Assembly (NCBI GenBank): GCA_026023565.1
Contig: JAPETS010000032.1
Location: 124,001-188,000 of the forward strand
Direction: 5' to 3'
Length of the DNA stretch: 64,000 nucleotides
DNA from: Cirrosporium novae-zelandiae
Taxonomy: Eukaryota
The notes beneath the pieces are model-generated. The model worked only from the letters and a program-made list of their open reading frames with translations, made no database searches and had not been told where the DNA came from. Position 1 is the first letter of the stretch, and each line of letters opens with the position of its first letter. A program made the position numbers and the translations under genes. Below are positions 28,152 through 39,162 of this stretch, in pieces.

Positions 28152-30140
28152 ATGGCTGATGAGGACCCCTCCCCTCAACTTTCAATTCGTGATCGAATTG
28201 CAACTTTGAATCTGGGACAGGTTGGCAGAACTCAAGGAAATTCTTCCCCATCCAATGTATCTTCTTCTCATTTACCTCCAGTCCCTCCTACAAAAAGGCC
28301 CACGGTCGACATTCGCCGAAAAAGCGCTACTAATCCCATCAATGGCGCAGCATCCGGAAAATCAGTTGGCAATGAACCAATCGGAAAAAATAATAATAGC
28401 ATTCTTCCTCCTCCAACCATCACTCGAACAGGTCAGACAATAACAACGAAAGCGAAACCAGCTCCACCACCATTACCGGCAAGGCGTCCGTCAACCCAAC
28501 CTCCAGCCTTGCCCCCCAGAAGGCCTTCTGAACAACTGAGAAGAAAAATCTCTCTTGAATCAGCCTCTTCGGCCATATCTACTGTGTCCTCTAGATCTAC
28601 TGGAACCACCATATCGAAATCCAGGTCTCCTTCTCGTGACCCCTCTCATAGGATCAGAGCGCCCGTCTATGATCCCTCTGCATTGCCACCGCTTCCGCCC
28701 AAAAGAACAACTGAAACCAAAGCGCCCCAAAATGGTTACCGGAAGTTAGTCAAATCCGCATCTACTATCGGAATCAAACAGGTGTCAGAACCACCAAAAC
28801 AAATTAAGCCTCCTGTACCGTCATTCCAAAACGAACCTTTAACCCCACGGAAGCTTCCCCCACCGGCTTCACATGCAAGACCATCCGCACTATCTTTCGG
28901 TTTAAACAAAGAAAGTGAAACAACACTACCAGTCCCACAGAACAGGCCAATCAGTAGTTCATCGACAGAACAGGGGAATGCACCACCCCCCATACCATTA
29001 GCGACTCGACCAGATCTCTCCAAGATACAAGCAACAAAGCCAAAAGTATCACCATCAAGTTCACAAGCTGGGTGTATGAAATGTCGTGATTTTTCTGGAC
29101 CCGACAACCATGCTAAACAATTTCCGCGGCAGTCACTTCCTTCCAACAATCTAGACTGGCTAGCAAATCAGCTGACTGCACCTTTTTATTCACATACAGA
29201 CAAAGCTAGGGCAATCTTCACTTGGTTGCACTACAATGTTCGATATGATGTCGACGCTTTCTTCAACAACAGGGTAAAACCATCGACACCCGCTTCGACA
29301 CTTGCGTCTGGTTTAGCCGTATGTGAAGGATTTGCAGGCCTGTTCACGGCCTTGGCTTCTAGAGCAGGGCTAGAAAGCTTCGTTGTCGGCGGCCATGGTA
29401 AAGGTTTCGGTTATTTGCAACTGGCACCAGGTTCTCGGGTCCCACCCTTCGCCTCTAACCACGCCTGGAACGTTGTCAAAATTGACAATGGAGAGTGGAA
29501 GCTTATAGATGCGTGTTGGGGGGCTGGCAATGTGGGTGGGAAAGGCCAACCTTACAATCAGGTCTTTTCGCCTGTACATTTCACAATGGATAACAATGAA
29601 TTTGGACTTCGCCATTTCCCCACGAACCGAGATCATTTCTTCCGTATAGATGGTCGACCTAGCATTAGCTGGGAAGAATATATGTTAGGTGATCCTAGCA
29701 AGCCAGAGGGCAGAGAGACCCCTCAAATCTTCAACATGGTTGGACAAGAAGGCTTCCATGAATTAAAGTTCCTGCCGGCTGCAAAAACTATCAATATCCA
29801 CCAACACCCAGAGCCGATGATGCGCTTCCAGTTCGAGAAGATCTGTGAACATTGGGATCCTGTTCGCAACGGACGAGGTCCGCATTATCAGTACATTTTG
29901 GCGATCCATGGGCAAGATGGAAGAAAGGATGACTTTGTGCCATTTGAGAGCAACGGGATGTACTGGTGGTGCGATGTTGCGCCATATATGCTTGGGGCAC
30001 CAGGACAAACGGTGACGGCATTTGCAGTTACGACAGTCCAAGGGCAAGATGGCAGGGGATTGAGCATTGATGAATATCGTAATGCGAAAGGAAGGAAAGG
30101 TATGGGATTTGGAGGACTTGTAGCATGGCAGCTTGTATGA
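28152..30140 (+). CDS. Transglutaminase-like (KY/Cyk3-type) protein with Pro-rich N-terminus
   Basis: Motifs KARAIFTWLHYNVRYD, AVCEGFAGLF (catalytic Cys), NHAWNVV (His) and LIDACWGAG (Asp). Single ORF with ATG at 28152. Confidence 0.88.
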   Translation: MADEDPSPQLSIRDRIATLNLGQVGRTQGNSSPSNVSSSHLPPVPPTKRPTVDIRRKSATNPINGAASGKSVGNEPIGKNNNSILPPPTITRTGQTITTKAKPAPPPLPARRPSTQPPALPPRRPSEQLRRKISLESASSAISTVSSRSTGTTISKSRSPSRDPSHRIRAPVYDPSALPPLPPKRTTETKAPQNGYRKLVKSASTIGIKQVSEPPKQIKPPVPSFQNEPLTPRKLPPPASHARPSALSFGLNKESETTLPVPQNRPISSSSTEQGNAPPPIPLATRPDLSKIQATKPKVSPSSSQAGCMKCRDFSGPDNHAKQFPRQSLPSNNLDWLANQLTAPFYSHTDKARAIFTWLHYNVRYDVDAFFNNRVKPSTPASTLASGLAVCEGFAGLFTALASRAGLESFVVGGHGKGFGYLQLAPGSRVPPFASNHAWNVVKIDNGEWKLIDACWGAGNVGGKGQPYNQVFSPVHFTMDNNEFGLRHFPTNRDHFFRIDGRPSISWEEYMLGDPSKPEGRETPQIFNMVGQEGFHELKFLPAAKTINIHQHPEPMMRFQFEKICEHWDPVRNGRGPHYQYILAIHGQDGRKDDFVPFESNGMYWWCDVAPYMLGAPGQTVTAFAVTTVQGQDGRGLSIDEYRNAKGRKGMGFGGLVAWQLV

Positions 30141-31200
30141 ACCAGATGGGTGGGAATACGAGGCAATAGTAGGAACCAATCCGACAATGGTATTTCTTGA
30201 TTCGTCAATGGTTGTTGATGGATGAGGAATAGTGTTGGACCATTATGACGGAACAAAGAACCAGTGCCCAGCGAATTGGGACATTGTGCACAGTAATGTT
30301 ACTTTGGGAGTTTTTACTCGTGGAGTTGTGGTACTTTGGGAATGTTTTTCCCAAGATCTTGCTTCAGGTAGCACGAGAGCAGGTGACAAGGGGGGTAATG
30401 CGGGATGGTACTGGAGTACTGGAGTGGATGTGGGAGGGAAAGGGCTCGTGGCCAAACAAGCAAGGCAAAGACGGCTCTAATTCTGGTCGGATCGAACCGA
30501 TCTCCAGACGACCCAAAGTAGAGTAGAGTAAAAAGACCAAAAAAGACGTCAGGAAAATAATATGCAATACGATCTTAGTCAAGTAGTAAGTAAGTCATGT
30601 GTTGCTGACCTTTGGCATCAACCTTTGGAACTGAGTTATTTTATTTCATCTTAATTTTTATTCTGATGTTTCAACATGTTTTTGTGGCTTTATGGTCTGC
30701 CTTTTCTCTTACTTTTACCCTCGCTTACCCCAGATGGAGTAAGGTGTAATAGGTAGATATACAACCAAGGGAAAGAAACTGCGGGGGGGGAGGAAAGGAT
30801 AATAGACGGGGTGGAATTTCCAGGGCTCCATCTGTTTCAATAACCATAGAGAGTACAGTTAAAAGAAAATTTCCTTGTGGGAGAGTTCTAGAGTTCTGGA
30901 TGGATGGATGATGGATTTCTTTCTCAATGTTGCAGTTGCAACGTGACTAATATTTACCTAGGTACCTATTTGAGTTAGAAGTAGAGTAGGAACCAAGTCA
31001 GGTGAAAATGGAATGTCCGATTAGTCTATGACTCCCCACGGGTTGTCTTTTTGACGACGGATGTTTACCTGGTTGGGGGTTGGACTGAGTCTGGTGATGG
31101 GCTGCCACAGCTGGTTAAGGATGGTGGTCTGAGATGCCGAGGACCGCCTATCTTAAGAGAGACGGGAGGCGCTGAAGTTGGCGTCAACGGGTGTTACATA

Positions 31201-31326
31201 CCCCTGTGCGCCCCTGCACATCCCTGCCTACCCCAGTCATCCCCAGCCAACCCCCAGCCAACCCCCAGTCAACCTCCAGTCACCCCCAGTCACCCCCAGT
31301 CACCCCCAGTCACCCACCCCCCCCAG
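31201..31326. repeat. Imperfect 10-bp tandem repeat (CACCCCCAGT)n; most units contain a SYGGRG site on the minus strand
   Basis: Units visible at 31231, 31241, 31252, 31263, 31274, 31284, 31294, 31304 and 31321, with degenerate units from 31201. Confidence 0.85.
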
Positions 31327-32527
31327 CCATGCCTAGCGATACCCCAACTTCCGTCCCATCCGGATTTACACCCTCACCCAGATGTCTTTGGATAGTTTGA
31401 CAAATGCATGTGTCAAGCGCTTGTCAAGCTGGGGAAATGTGGAGTTAACAAGAACCAAAGATCTGAAATCTATAATCAACTTTTTATATTCTACGACTTC
31501 TTCTCAAGCTTTAGTTTCCAAAAACCGACCTCATTAGCCGAAAGCTTTATAACTAATTATTCCTTTAGCCTGTACTACAGTGAGTAAGATAATATGCGGC
31601 ATTTCTCTCTTCCTCCCCCCCTAGTCTCCCTGTCTGGACCGCTGATTGTATCAACCAGATCGACGAAGCGACCCCCGAAGCCTCTTCCTCTTACACCTTG
31701 ACGCCTCTTACACGAGTTTCGCAACGGTTGCAGCGAGTTAAAATGGAAGAAAACGGAGAAATAGGATTGGGGGGAAATTCTGCCGGCCAGATAACGGGAC
31801 TCCCACATCATTTATTGCCCACCGTGCCCACATTCGCCCACATTCCCTCCACTGCCCCCATTGCTTGCCCACATCTCTTCCCTGCAACTTCCCCAAGGAG
31901 CCCCACTGAAAATAGGAAAATAGGAAAGTAGGGAAAAAATTAAGAGGGAAGCATAACCTCTGATTGAACCACCTCTGTTTGGAAACCAAACACTTCATTC
32001 GCCATCAATAGCTAAACTAAGGCCAGAAATCCTTCTACCTGGATCGTGACCTTAACCACGGCATTGACTTCGTTTACGACTAATGATGGAAATATGGGGA
32101 TTGCCCTTCTCCCCCGGAGTCCGGAGCTATGGTGCCTGGACATTGGATATCTCATCTTCATCTGAACAGGAAACCCGTTGCTAGGTCAGGAGGTACAACA
32201 GCCTTCTCGGAATCACAACCATGGTTGGTGCAATTTAGTACCGTCATCGAGTTCGAGATTGATATCGAATGGTTCAGATCAGGACCCATCACTCCACTAA
32301 TGATCCGTAGAGACCAATAGGGACCAATAGGTATCAACGCTGATGCTCACATCCATGATCTGGCCTTGCGATTGACCCGACTATAAGATGCTATCCCTCC
32401 CTTTCCAAGTGTACTTTTTTATTCAGGCCTTTCCCTCGGCAATCACCAAGATCTAGGTTCCTCACGCAAACAACATTTGTCAACTTGTCAATTGTTTTCA
32501 TCTAGCCTCAATAGGTAGTTGATAACC

Positions 32528-34399
32528 ATGGCGATTGGCAACATCTACCTCATCTCCACCATCGCCATCATTGGCGGTGGTTTGTTCGGCTTCGATATTT
32601 CCTCAATGTCGGCCATCATCGTAACACCACAATATAAATGTTACTTCAACCAGGGCTCCGTCACCGCTGGAACTGATGACACATACCCATATCCAACATG
32701 TGCAGGTCCTAATTCCGACGTTCAAGGTGGTATTACAGCTTCCATGGCTGGTGGTTCGTGGTTGGGTGCACTGGTTTCAGGTATTCTTTCTGATCGTCTC
32801 GGTCGAAAGAAGGCTATTATGATTGGATCCTGCATCTGGTAAGCTAGAATTACCCCCATGTTGGAGAAGGATTTGTTTTTCTAATCATCTTCATCTGCCA
32901 GGTTAATCGGCTCCACCATCATCTGTGCCTCTCAAAACATTCCCATGCTCATTGTTGGCCGTATCATCAATGGTTTCTGTGTTGGTATTTGCTCTGCCCA
33001 AGTCCCTGTCTATATTGCCGAAGTGGCTCCACCCAGCAAGCGTGGTCGTCTCATAGGTGCTCAGCAATGGGCCATCACTTGGGGAATTCTGATTATGTTT
33101 TAGTACGTCTTAATTCTGGTAGTCCCTGTAAATGCTAGTACTAATATCTTATAAGCATTTCGTACGGTTGCTCTTTCATTAACGGCACAGCTGCCTTCCG
33201 TCTTCCATGGGGTCTCCAGATGATTCCCGCTATAATACTATTTGTCGGAATGATCCCTCTTCCCGAATCTCCCCGTTGGTTGGCTCGCAAAGACCGCTGG
33301 GAGGACTGCAGCGCTGTCTTGACTCTTGTTCACGGAAAAGGCGACCCAAACAGCCCATTCGTCCGAGCTGAAATGCAAGATATTAGGGATATGTGCGAAT
33401 TCGAGCGTAACAACTCCGATGTTACGTACCGGGAACTATTCGAGCCACATATGCTCAACCGTCTTCATATTGGTTTGTTCACTCAGATTTGGAGTCAAAT
33501 GACGGGTATGAATGTCATGGTAAGATCTACCGTTTCATATTTCGACTGCTTTCTATATTTAGAGAATGGAACCACCAAGCTAACTCTTACGTTCTTATCA
33601 GATGTACTACATTTCCTACATCTTCGAAATGGCGGGCCTCAATGGAAACAACCTTCTTGTTTCGTCCTCCATCCAATACGTCATCAACGTCCTCATGACC
33701 ATACCAGCTTTGATCTGGGTCGACCGCTGGGGACGTCGTCCAACCCTTCTTATCGGCGCCTTCTTCATGATGGTCTGGCTTTTCTGTAATGCTGGTCTCC
33801 TTGCAGGCTACGGCCATTATGCCGGCCCCGATGGCGTCAACGGTGACGCTGAAGCCTCCTGGGTTGTTCACGGTGCCCCCGCCAAGGGAGTTATCGCATG
33901 CTCGTATCTATTTGTCGCATCGTACGCTCCCACATGGGGCCCCGTCTCATGGACTTATCCACCAGAGCTTTACCCTCTCCGTGTTCGTGGCAAGGCTGTT
34001 GCGCTAGCCACATCCGCCAACTGGGCATTTAATTTCGCTCTCGGATATTTTGTTCCTCCCGCCTTTGTTAACATCAAATGGAGGACCTATCTCATCTTCG
34101 CCGTATTCTGCTTCACCATGTTCTGGCACGTATTCTTCATGTTCCCTGAAACCGCCGGCAAGACGCTAGAGGAGGTCGAGTACATCTTTACCGATCCCAA
34201 TGGCATCAAGTATATCGGCACGCCAGCCTGGAAGACCAAGGTCGATACCTCCAGGGCCGTTAAGCTCGAGCAGGGTGAACTGCAAGATGAGAAGAGGTTG
34301 CCATCCATTTCCCACGCCGAAGATGCGGCCGCAGTTGCTGATACAAGTCTGTCTGCGGATCCGGAGAAGACGGCGGCAACGGCGCAGGAATCTCGTTAG
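32528..34399 (+). CDS. MFS sugar porter, high-affinity glucose transporter (Hgt1-like); exons 32528-32838, 32902-33102, 33156-33519, 33602-34399
   Basis: Motifs GGLFGFDISSMS, SDRLGRK, QVPVYIAEVAP, PESPRWL, QMTGMNVMMYYI, DRWGRR and PETAGKTLEE. Three GT-AG introns. Confidence 0.93.
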
Positions 34400-36399
34400 A
34401 TAGGGGTTTCTTTTTGGTTTTTTGAGGATGAGAAGATGATGATGACGATGATGGATTATTGGTGAGTAATGCGTGGTACCATGTATATGCCTTCAAGAAA
34501 GACGAAACACATGAGGGGAGGGGAGGAAATGTTAAAGATATATTTCAATCTTGAAAAAAAAAGAAATTTCTGGGTAACATGTTCTTCTTCTCTTACAGAT
34601 GATACATATACCTTTCCTTCCCTTTCCCTTTTCTTTCTGATTTATTTTTCGATATGTATGTACGTTAGTTAATTGGTTAATCAGTACTTAATTTAAAGTA
34701 TACTGGCCACTTTGACTTGGTCTTTTTTTGTTGCTGTTGTTTAGAAATATACGTTATGAAGTAGGACGTAGGAAGTTGGACTTGTTAAATATATTAAAGC
34801 AAAACTAGATAAAACTGGATAATAAGGGGAAAGAGGGGAAGGAGGGGAAGGAGGGGAAGGGAAAATGAGCGGGGTTTTCCTTGGAAATAGAGGGGTAGCT
34901 ACTACTCTCCCTATTTGGGAATTATGAAATAAATAGACTCTGATAGTAGGAATTCTCTAGTATCAACCTATTACATGAATTAAAGAGTACATTCTGGAAT
35001 ATTGAAGGATAAGGGTAGATAGAACCTTAGGACTATAGAATAAATATTAGGGTTTTAGGAATTCCTGATGTTTTTCTCCCAAAATTGGTTATGATGCATA
35101 CTTTGATGTTAGGCTTCAGTTGTAACATTCATTGCAACTGACTTCTTCTTATACATAGATGATGATTCAACACACTTACAACATCCAATTTTATTTCATT
35201 CGAGACTATGACTTGTATTTGAAAAGGTGGACTGGATAGAAACAAGTCAAGGCTTGATTGATTGGGTTATTTCGTTATCTGCTTAGTGGGAGAGCAAAAG
35301 TTGGTGTTATTTAAGTAATAAAAAATGTTCTTGGCTAAATTGTAATCTAAGGGGGTCGCTTGGAAAATAGTTAGAATATAAGTAAGTCTCATCATCTTCC
35401 TGTCGGTTACAGATGCCAAGCTATGCTCACGCCTCAGGCATCTAATACACGCGACATCACATGACCTCGCGTTATATATTATCGCATCATATTCATATCA
35501 GTTTATACAACCTGGATCTGAGCCTGCGGGTAATCATTATTTTTTGCGGGGGAACCTTGTACTGTTGCCTAGCAACGCTTCCATTGTGTTCATCGGAGAC
35601 CTGCACGAACCCTTTCCGCCAGAACTTGGAACTCATTTTTTTGTCGAATTTTTGCGTCAGTACTATAAATCAGAACCTAATTTTTCTGGGGACGAAACAA
35701 ACACGGTATCAAGTAGATTTGATGTCCTACTCGAGTACATGTCTGCCTAATTCTACTCCTGTTTGTGGAAGTTTGGAAGTTGGAAAAGATTGTTTTGCAA
35801 GGGTGTCTACACAGCATCAATTGGTTTTACGGATTACCAGCTCCACACTTGCATATCTAGGCTTCTATTAACAAGAGGATGATAAGTATTCCAAGCCTTC
35901 AGCTAGGAACGACGAGAATCCGGACACGCCGGAGTAGCACATCGAGATCCTTTGAAATTATTGAAAGTTGGTTCTTGACTCACAAACACGGTGTGTAACA
36001 CATTTCTCAGAGTGTTTACTTCTGATGTGCATTGGCGGACAAGAGATGTGGCACTCATCCCTATGATTCACGCTCGAGCATTACAAGCAGACAAAGGATC
36101 AGTGTTGGGGGATGCAGTTGTTTGTTTCCCACTGGGTTAATTATCCAGCACCACTTTCTACCCCAAAGTGGTCTAGTTTAGAATCTACTTGACAGGGGGT
36201 CACTTTAGGATAAAGTTCCCCATCTGCCCCTACTAATCAATCTTGTTAGTTAGCAAGTCAAGGGAATCTCCAGCCTCTAGCCTCTTCACCACTCCTTGAG
36301 TGGACCAAGTGGATCTTCTCGCACAGTTACTTTGGAACAGGAACGCCAATCATTGTTGCGAATCTCTCGTCAGATCTTCAGATTTTCAGATAAGAACTT

Positions 36400-36522
36400 G
36401 TAAGTTTGCTCCGACTGTTTCTTAAATGGAATAAACAAACAAACAAACAAACAAACAACTCTATTATGACCGGATAGGCAAGACCTGAAATCGATTAATA
36501 CTAATAGAGATATTATTATTAG
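36400..36522 (+). other. Predicted 5'-UTR intron of the SPOK-like gene, containing an (AAAC)n microsatellite
   Basis: GTAAGT donor at 36400, CTAAT branch at 36501, TAG acceptor at 36520-36522, 10 nt before the ATG. About six AAAC units near 36433-36458. Confidence 0.6.
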
Positions 36523-36532
36523 TGCTTTAACT

Positions 36533-38680
36533 ATGTCGGAAAGTCCCACTATTGAGCAACTCCAGGAGCTGTTACAAAAAGAACAGGAGTCTCGACGTAA
36601 AGCTGAAGAGTCTCAACGTCAAGCTGAAGAGTCTCGACGTCAAGCAGAGTCGAAAATACAACGCACAACCTTCGGAGAATTTCTTGAAACCTGTCATGTT
36701 GTTCTTTCCAATCCCCTCATTGTTCAGGACAATAGGACCTTTGCCACAAAAGGTACCACCACGAATCCCAAAGGGAAGTATTGTCCCACCCATCTTCGCC
36801 ATTGGGATGATTTCCCTCAGGCACAGCAGCAGCTCTTTGATAACGTTCATGAACTGTTCCATCCCTCCTCTGAAAAACCGCAACGGCTTTTTTCGCCAAA
36901 GTTAGCACTGGAAGATCTTGGTCAAAGCCTATGCCGACGACCTCTTGCGAGCGAAGGTGATTTGCAATCTTACGAACGATTTGCGGTGGAAGGGAAGGTC
37001 ACCGATGTGGTATCCAACTTAATAAATATACCGCATGCCAACGAGAAATTTTCATTAGGAAAAGGTGTTGTATTTGAAAATCATGCTAACACGCTAAACG
37101 ATGATGTTGAAAAGGAACGATTCGGTAAACGTTCTCGGTTGGATCAGGTCTGCGTGTATCATAAAAACGACGGCAATCGCAGCCTCGCATTTGTAATTGA
37201 ATATAAAGCGGCCCATAAACTTTCGGTGGCATATTTTCGAGCGGGACTTCGGCCGATGAACCTTTGGGAAGAAGTGGTACAGCGAGTTACGGTGCCAACG
37301 GACCCTGATGAGAAATTAAAATATAATGCAGAGCGGTTGGTTGGGGCTGCCGTGACCCAAACTTTCTCATACATGATCGATGAGGGGATTGAGTATAGCT
37401 ACTTGACCAATGGTCTGGCACGTGTTTTTCTCCGAATCCGTCGCGATGATCCTACCACGCTCTACTATTATTTGGCTGAGCCGAATTTCGATGCCACAAT
37501 CGAGGATGAGCACGGGTTTCGATACGCACATACGGCGCTTGGTCGAGTTCTAGGTCTATGCTTGATGAGTCTTAATTCAAAAGTGCGAAGTCAAACGTGG
37601 CGGTCCGAGGCGAAGCAGCAGTTGCATCGATGGGAATATGATTTTGAATACGTTCTTAAACAGATGCCGATTTCGGAAAGGAAGCAGACTCCACCTGGAT
37701 CCGTATATCGAGAACCATCCTCTCCTTTTATCATTCGATCGGCATATCTACTCCGGCGGCGTCAAAATTGCGCACCACCAAACATTATTTCCAGGGACTC
37801 TCACAGCTCATCAGAAGAGTCTAGCGGGGATCAAGGTCCAGTCGATACTCCCAGTCGACCTGAAGGCGGTCAGAAAAGAAAACGGGTTCCGAATTCAAAC
37901 TTGTATTCGTCTCCAACTGGAGATCGAAGTCGACGCCATTCTGGGCATTCGCCTCAACAGTATTGCACACAGAAATGTTTACTTAACCTGAAAACTCGAG
38001 GCCTGTTAGATGAAAATTGTCCTAATGTCATGTTTCATCGCCAGAAAGTATGCGACAACCAGCATGCGATCGATCTGCCAGAACTGGTTAGGTTGACGAA
38101 ACAACAACTGGGAGCAGACTTGGATCATTACTGCGACCCTCTTGGGAAAAGCGGTGCACGAGGGGCTCTTTTCAAGATTACATTGATTTCACACGGCTAC
38201 ATGTTTGTGGGTAAAGGCACCAGGGATCGGTTTTTATATGATGCGCATCGCGAAGTTGGCGCGTATCGACGGCTGGAAAAAATTCAAGGTCTGGCCGTCC
38301 CAGTTTGTCTGGGAGGCATTGATCTGATTACGTGTTACTCTCTGGCTGCTGGGGTTGAAATTACGTACATGCTGTTGATGGCCTGGGGAGGTGAAATGGT
38401 AGATGACGTCCCAGGCCTATCACGACCGATTAAGCACAAGGAACTGGAACGGTCGATTCATGATGTGCGCCGGCTGGGAGTGAAGCATGAAGATCTACGC
38501 GGGCCGAATATGTTATGGAATCCGGAGCTTGGTCGGGTGTTATTGATCGACTTTTATGGACCAAGTTTAGTGGATATGGATGGTCGCAGAATCCTCGTGG
38601 AGATTTCACCTAATAAGAAAAGGAAACGGGTAAGGGACGAATTAGATCATGTGAAGCGGAAGAGACTTGTTTTAACTTAA
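36533..38680 (+). CDS. SPOK (spore killer)-family protein: coiled coil, PD-(D/E)xK nuclease, Cys cluster, kinase
   Basis: 715 aa with no introns in the CDS. Motifs recalled from Podospora SPOKs occur in the same order: RTTFGEFLETCH, GKYCPTHLRHWDDF, AFVIEYKAAHK, TQTFSYMI, QYCTQKCLL..LDENCPNV.FHR, GARGALFK..L..HGYMFVGKGT, HEDLRGPNMLWN and LIDF. Confidence 0.85.
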   Translation: MSESPTIEQLQELLQKEQESRRKAEESQRQAEESRRQAESKIQRTTFGEFLETCHVVLSNPLIVQDNRTFATKGTTTNPKGKYCPTHLRHWDDFPQAQQQLFDNVHELFHPSSEKPQRLFSPKLALEDLGQSLCRRPLASEGDLQSYERFAVEGKVTDVVSNLINIPHANEKFSLGKGVVFENHANTLNDDVEKERFGKRSRLDQVCVYHKNDGNRSLAFVIEYKAAHKLSVAYFRAGLRPMNLWEEVVQRVTVPTDPDEKLKYNAERLVGAAVTQTFSYMIDEGIEYSYLTNGLARVFLRIRRDDPTTLYYYLAEPNFDATIEDEHGFRYAHTALGRVLGLCLMSLNSKVRSQTWRSEAKQQLHRWEYDFEYVLKQMPISERKQTPPGSVYREPSSPFIIRSAYLLRRRQNCAPPNIISRDSHSSSEESSGDQGPVDTPSRPEGGQKRKRVPNSNLYSSPTGDRSRRHSGHSPQQYCTQKCLLNLKTRGLLDENCPNVMFHRQKVCDNQHAIDLPELVRLTKQQLGADLDHYCDPLGKSGARGALFKITLISHGYMFVGKGTRDRFLYDAHREVGAYRRLEKIQGLAVPVCLGGIDLITCYSLAAGVEITYMLLMAWGGEMVDDVPGLSRPIKHKELERSIHDVRRLGVKHEDLRGPNMLWNPELGRVLLIDFYGPSLVDMDGRRILVEISPNKKRKRVRDELDHVKRKRLVLT
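36587..36655 (+). repeat. 21-bp (heptad) coding tandem repeat, 3 copies, in the SPOK-like coiled coil
   Basis: GAGTCTCGACGTAAAGCTGAA / GAGTCTCAACGTCAAGCTGAA / GAGTCTCGACGTCAAGCAGAG, encoding ESRRKAE ESQRQAE ESRRQAE. Confidence 0.9.
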
Positions 38681-38901
38681 ATTTGCTTCATACTGTAAGA
38701 TCTGCAGTGACACGTCTTGGGGGTTGTAGGCTACGAGTGAGGAGAGAGCTGTCGTTATGCAAGCAGAAAAAAAGTTACTTGCAATTCCCTTTTACAAGAT
38801 AGGTTCCTGTTACGGTTCCCTATTAGGCTAGATCACTAGGGCACGTACCCTAGGCTCACCTTAGCTTAGATCTTTATCCAATAAATACCCACACCGGTTA
38901 A

Positions 38902-39162
38902 TGACACCGAGCACGCGGGACCCAAAATAAACGGGACTCACAAATTCCTTTTTTTTTGATTATTATTTTTCCTGGGGAGGCCTTCAAATTAAATTGTTAT
39001 TAAAATTAAACATTGATTTTGTTTGAAGGCCTCCCTAGGATCTTTTTTTTTTTTATTTTTGTTTTTGGGTGGGCGTAGTGTTGGGTAGGCACGTAGGCTG
39101 CCAGTGCTCGGGGAAAGGAATTTATGAGTCCTCTTTATTTTAAGACCCGCGTGTCCAGGTCA
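38902..39162. mobile_element. Non-coding foldback/MITE-like element with nested inverted repeats
   Basis: Outer arm CACGCGGGACCCAAAATAAACGGGACTCACAAATTCCTTT (38912-38951) versus reverse complement of 39114-39153, CACGCGGGTCTTAAAATAAAGAGGACTCATAAATTCCTTT. Inner 19-nt arms at 38971-38989 and 39021-39039 match at 17/19. No TSD seen. Confidence 0.65.

Noticed and set aside
30232..30582. Overlapping small ORFs downstream of the transglutaminase-like gene
   Set aside because: Mostly non-ATG starts and no recognisable domain; likely UTR or intergenic.
4764..30968. Recurring TAGGTACCTA/TACCTAGGTA palindromes (about 4764, 14679, 30955)
   Set aside because: Short motif common in fungal intergenic DNA, with no shared flanks.
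31201..31326. CRISPR-like interpretation of the periodic repeat
   Set aside because: Eukaryotic DNA, with 10-bp contiguous units and no unique spacers.
35544..35750. ORF containing IVFIGDLH, resembling metallophosphoesterase motif I
   Set aside because: No ATG start and none of the later motifs (GDxxD, GNHD/E); probably chance.
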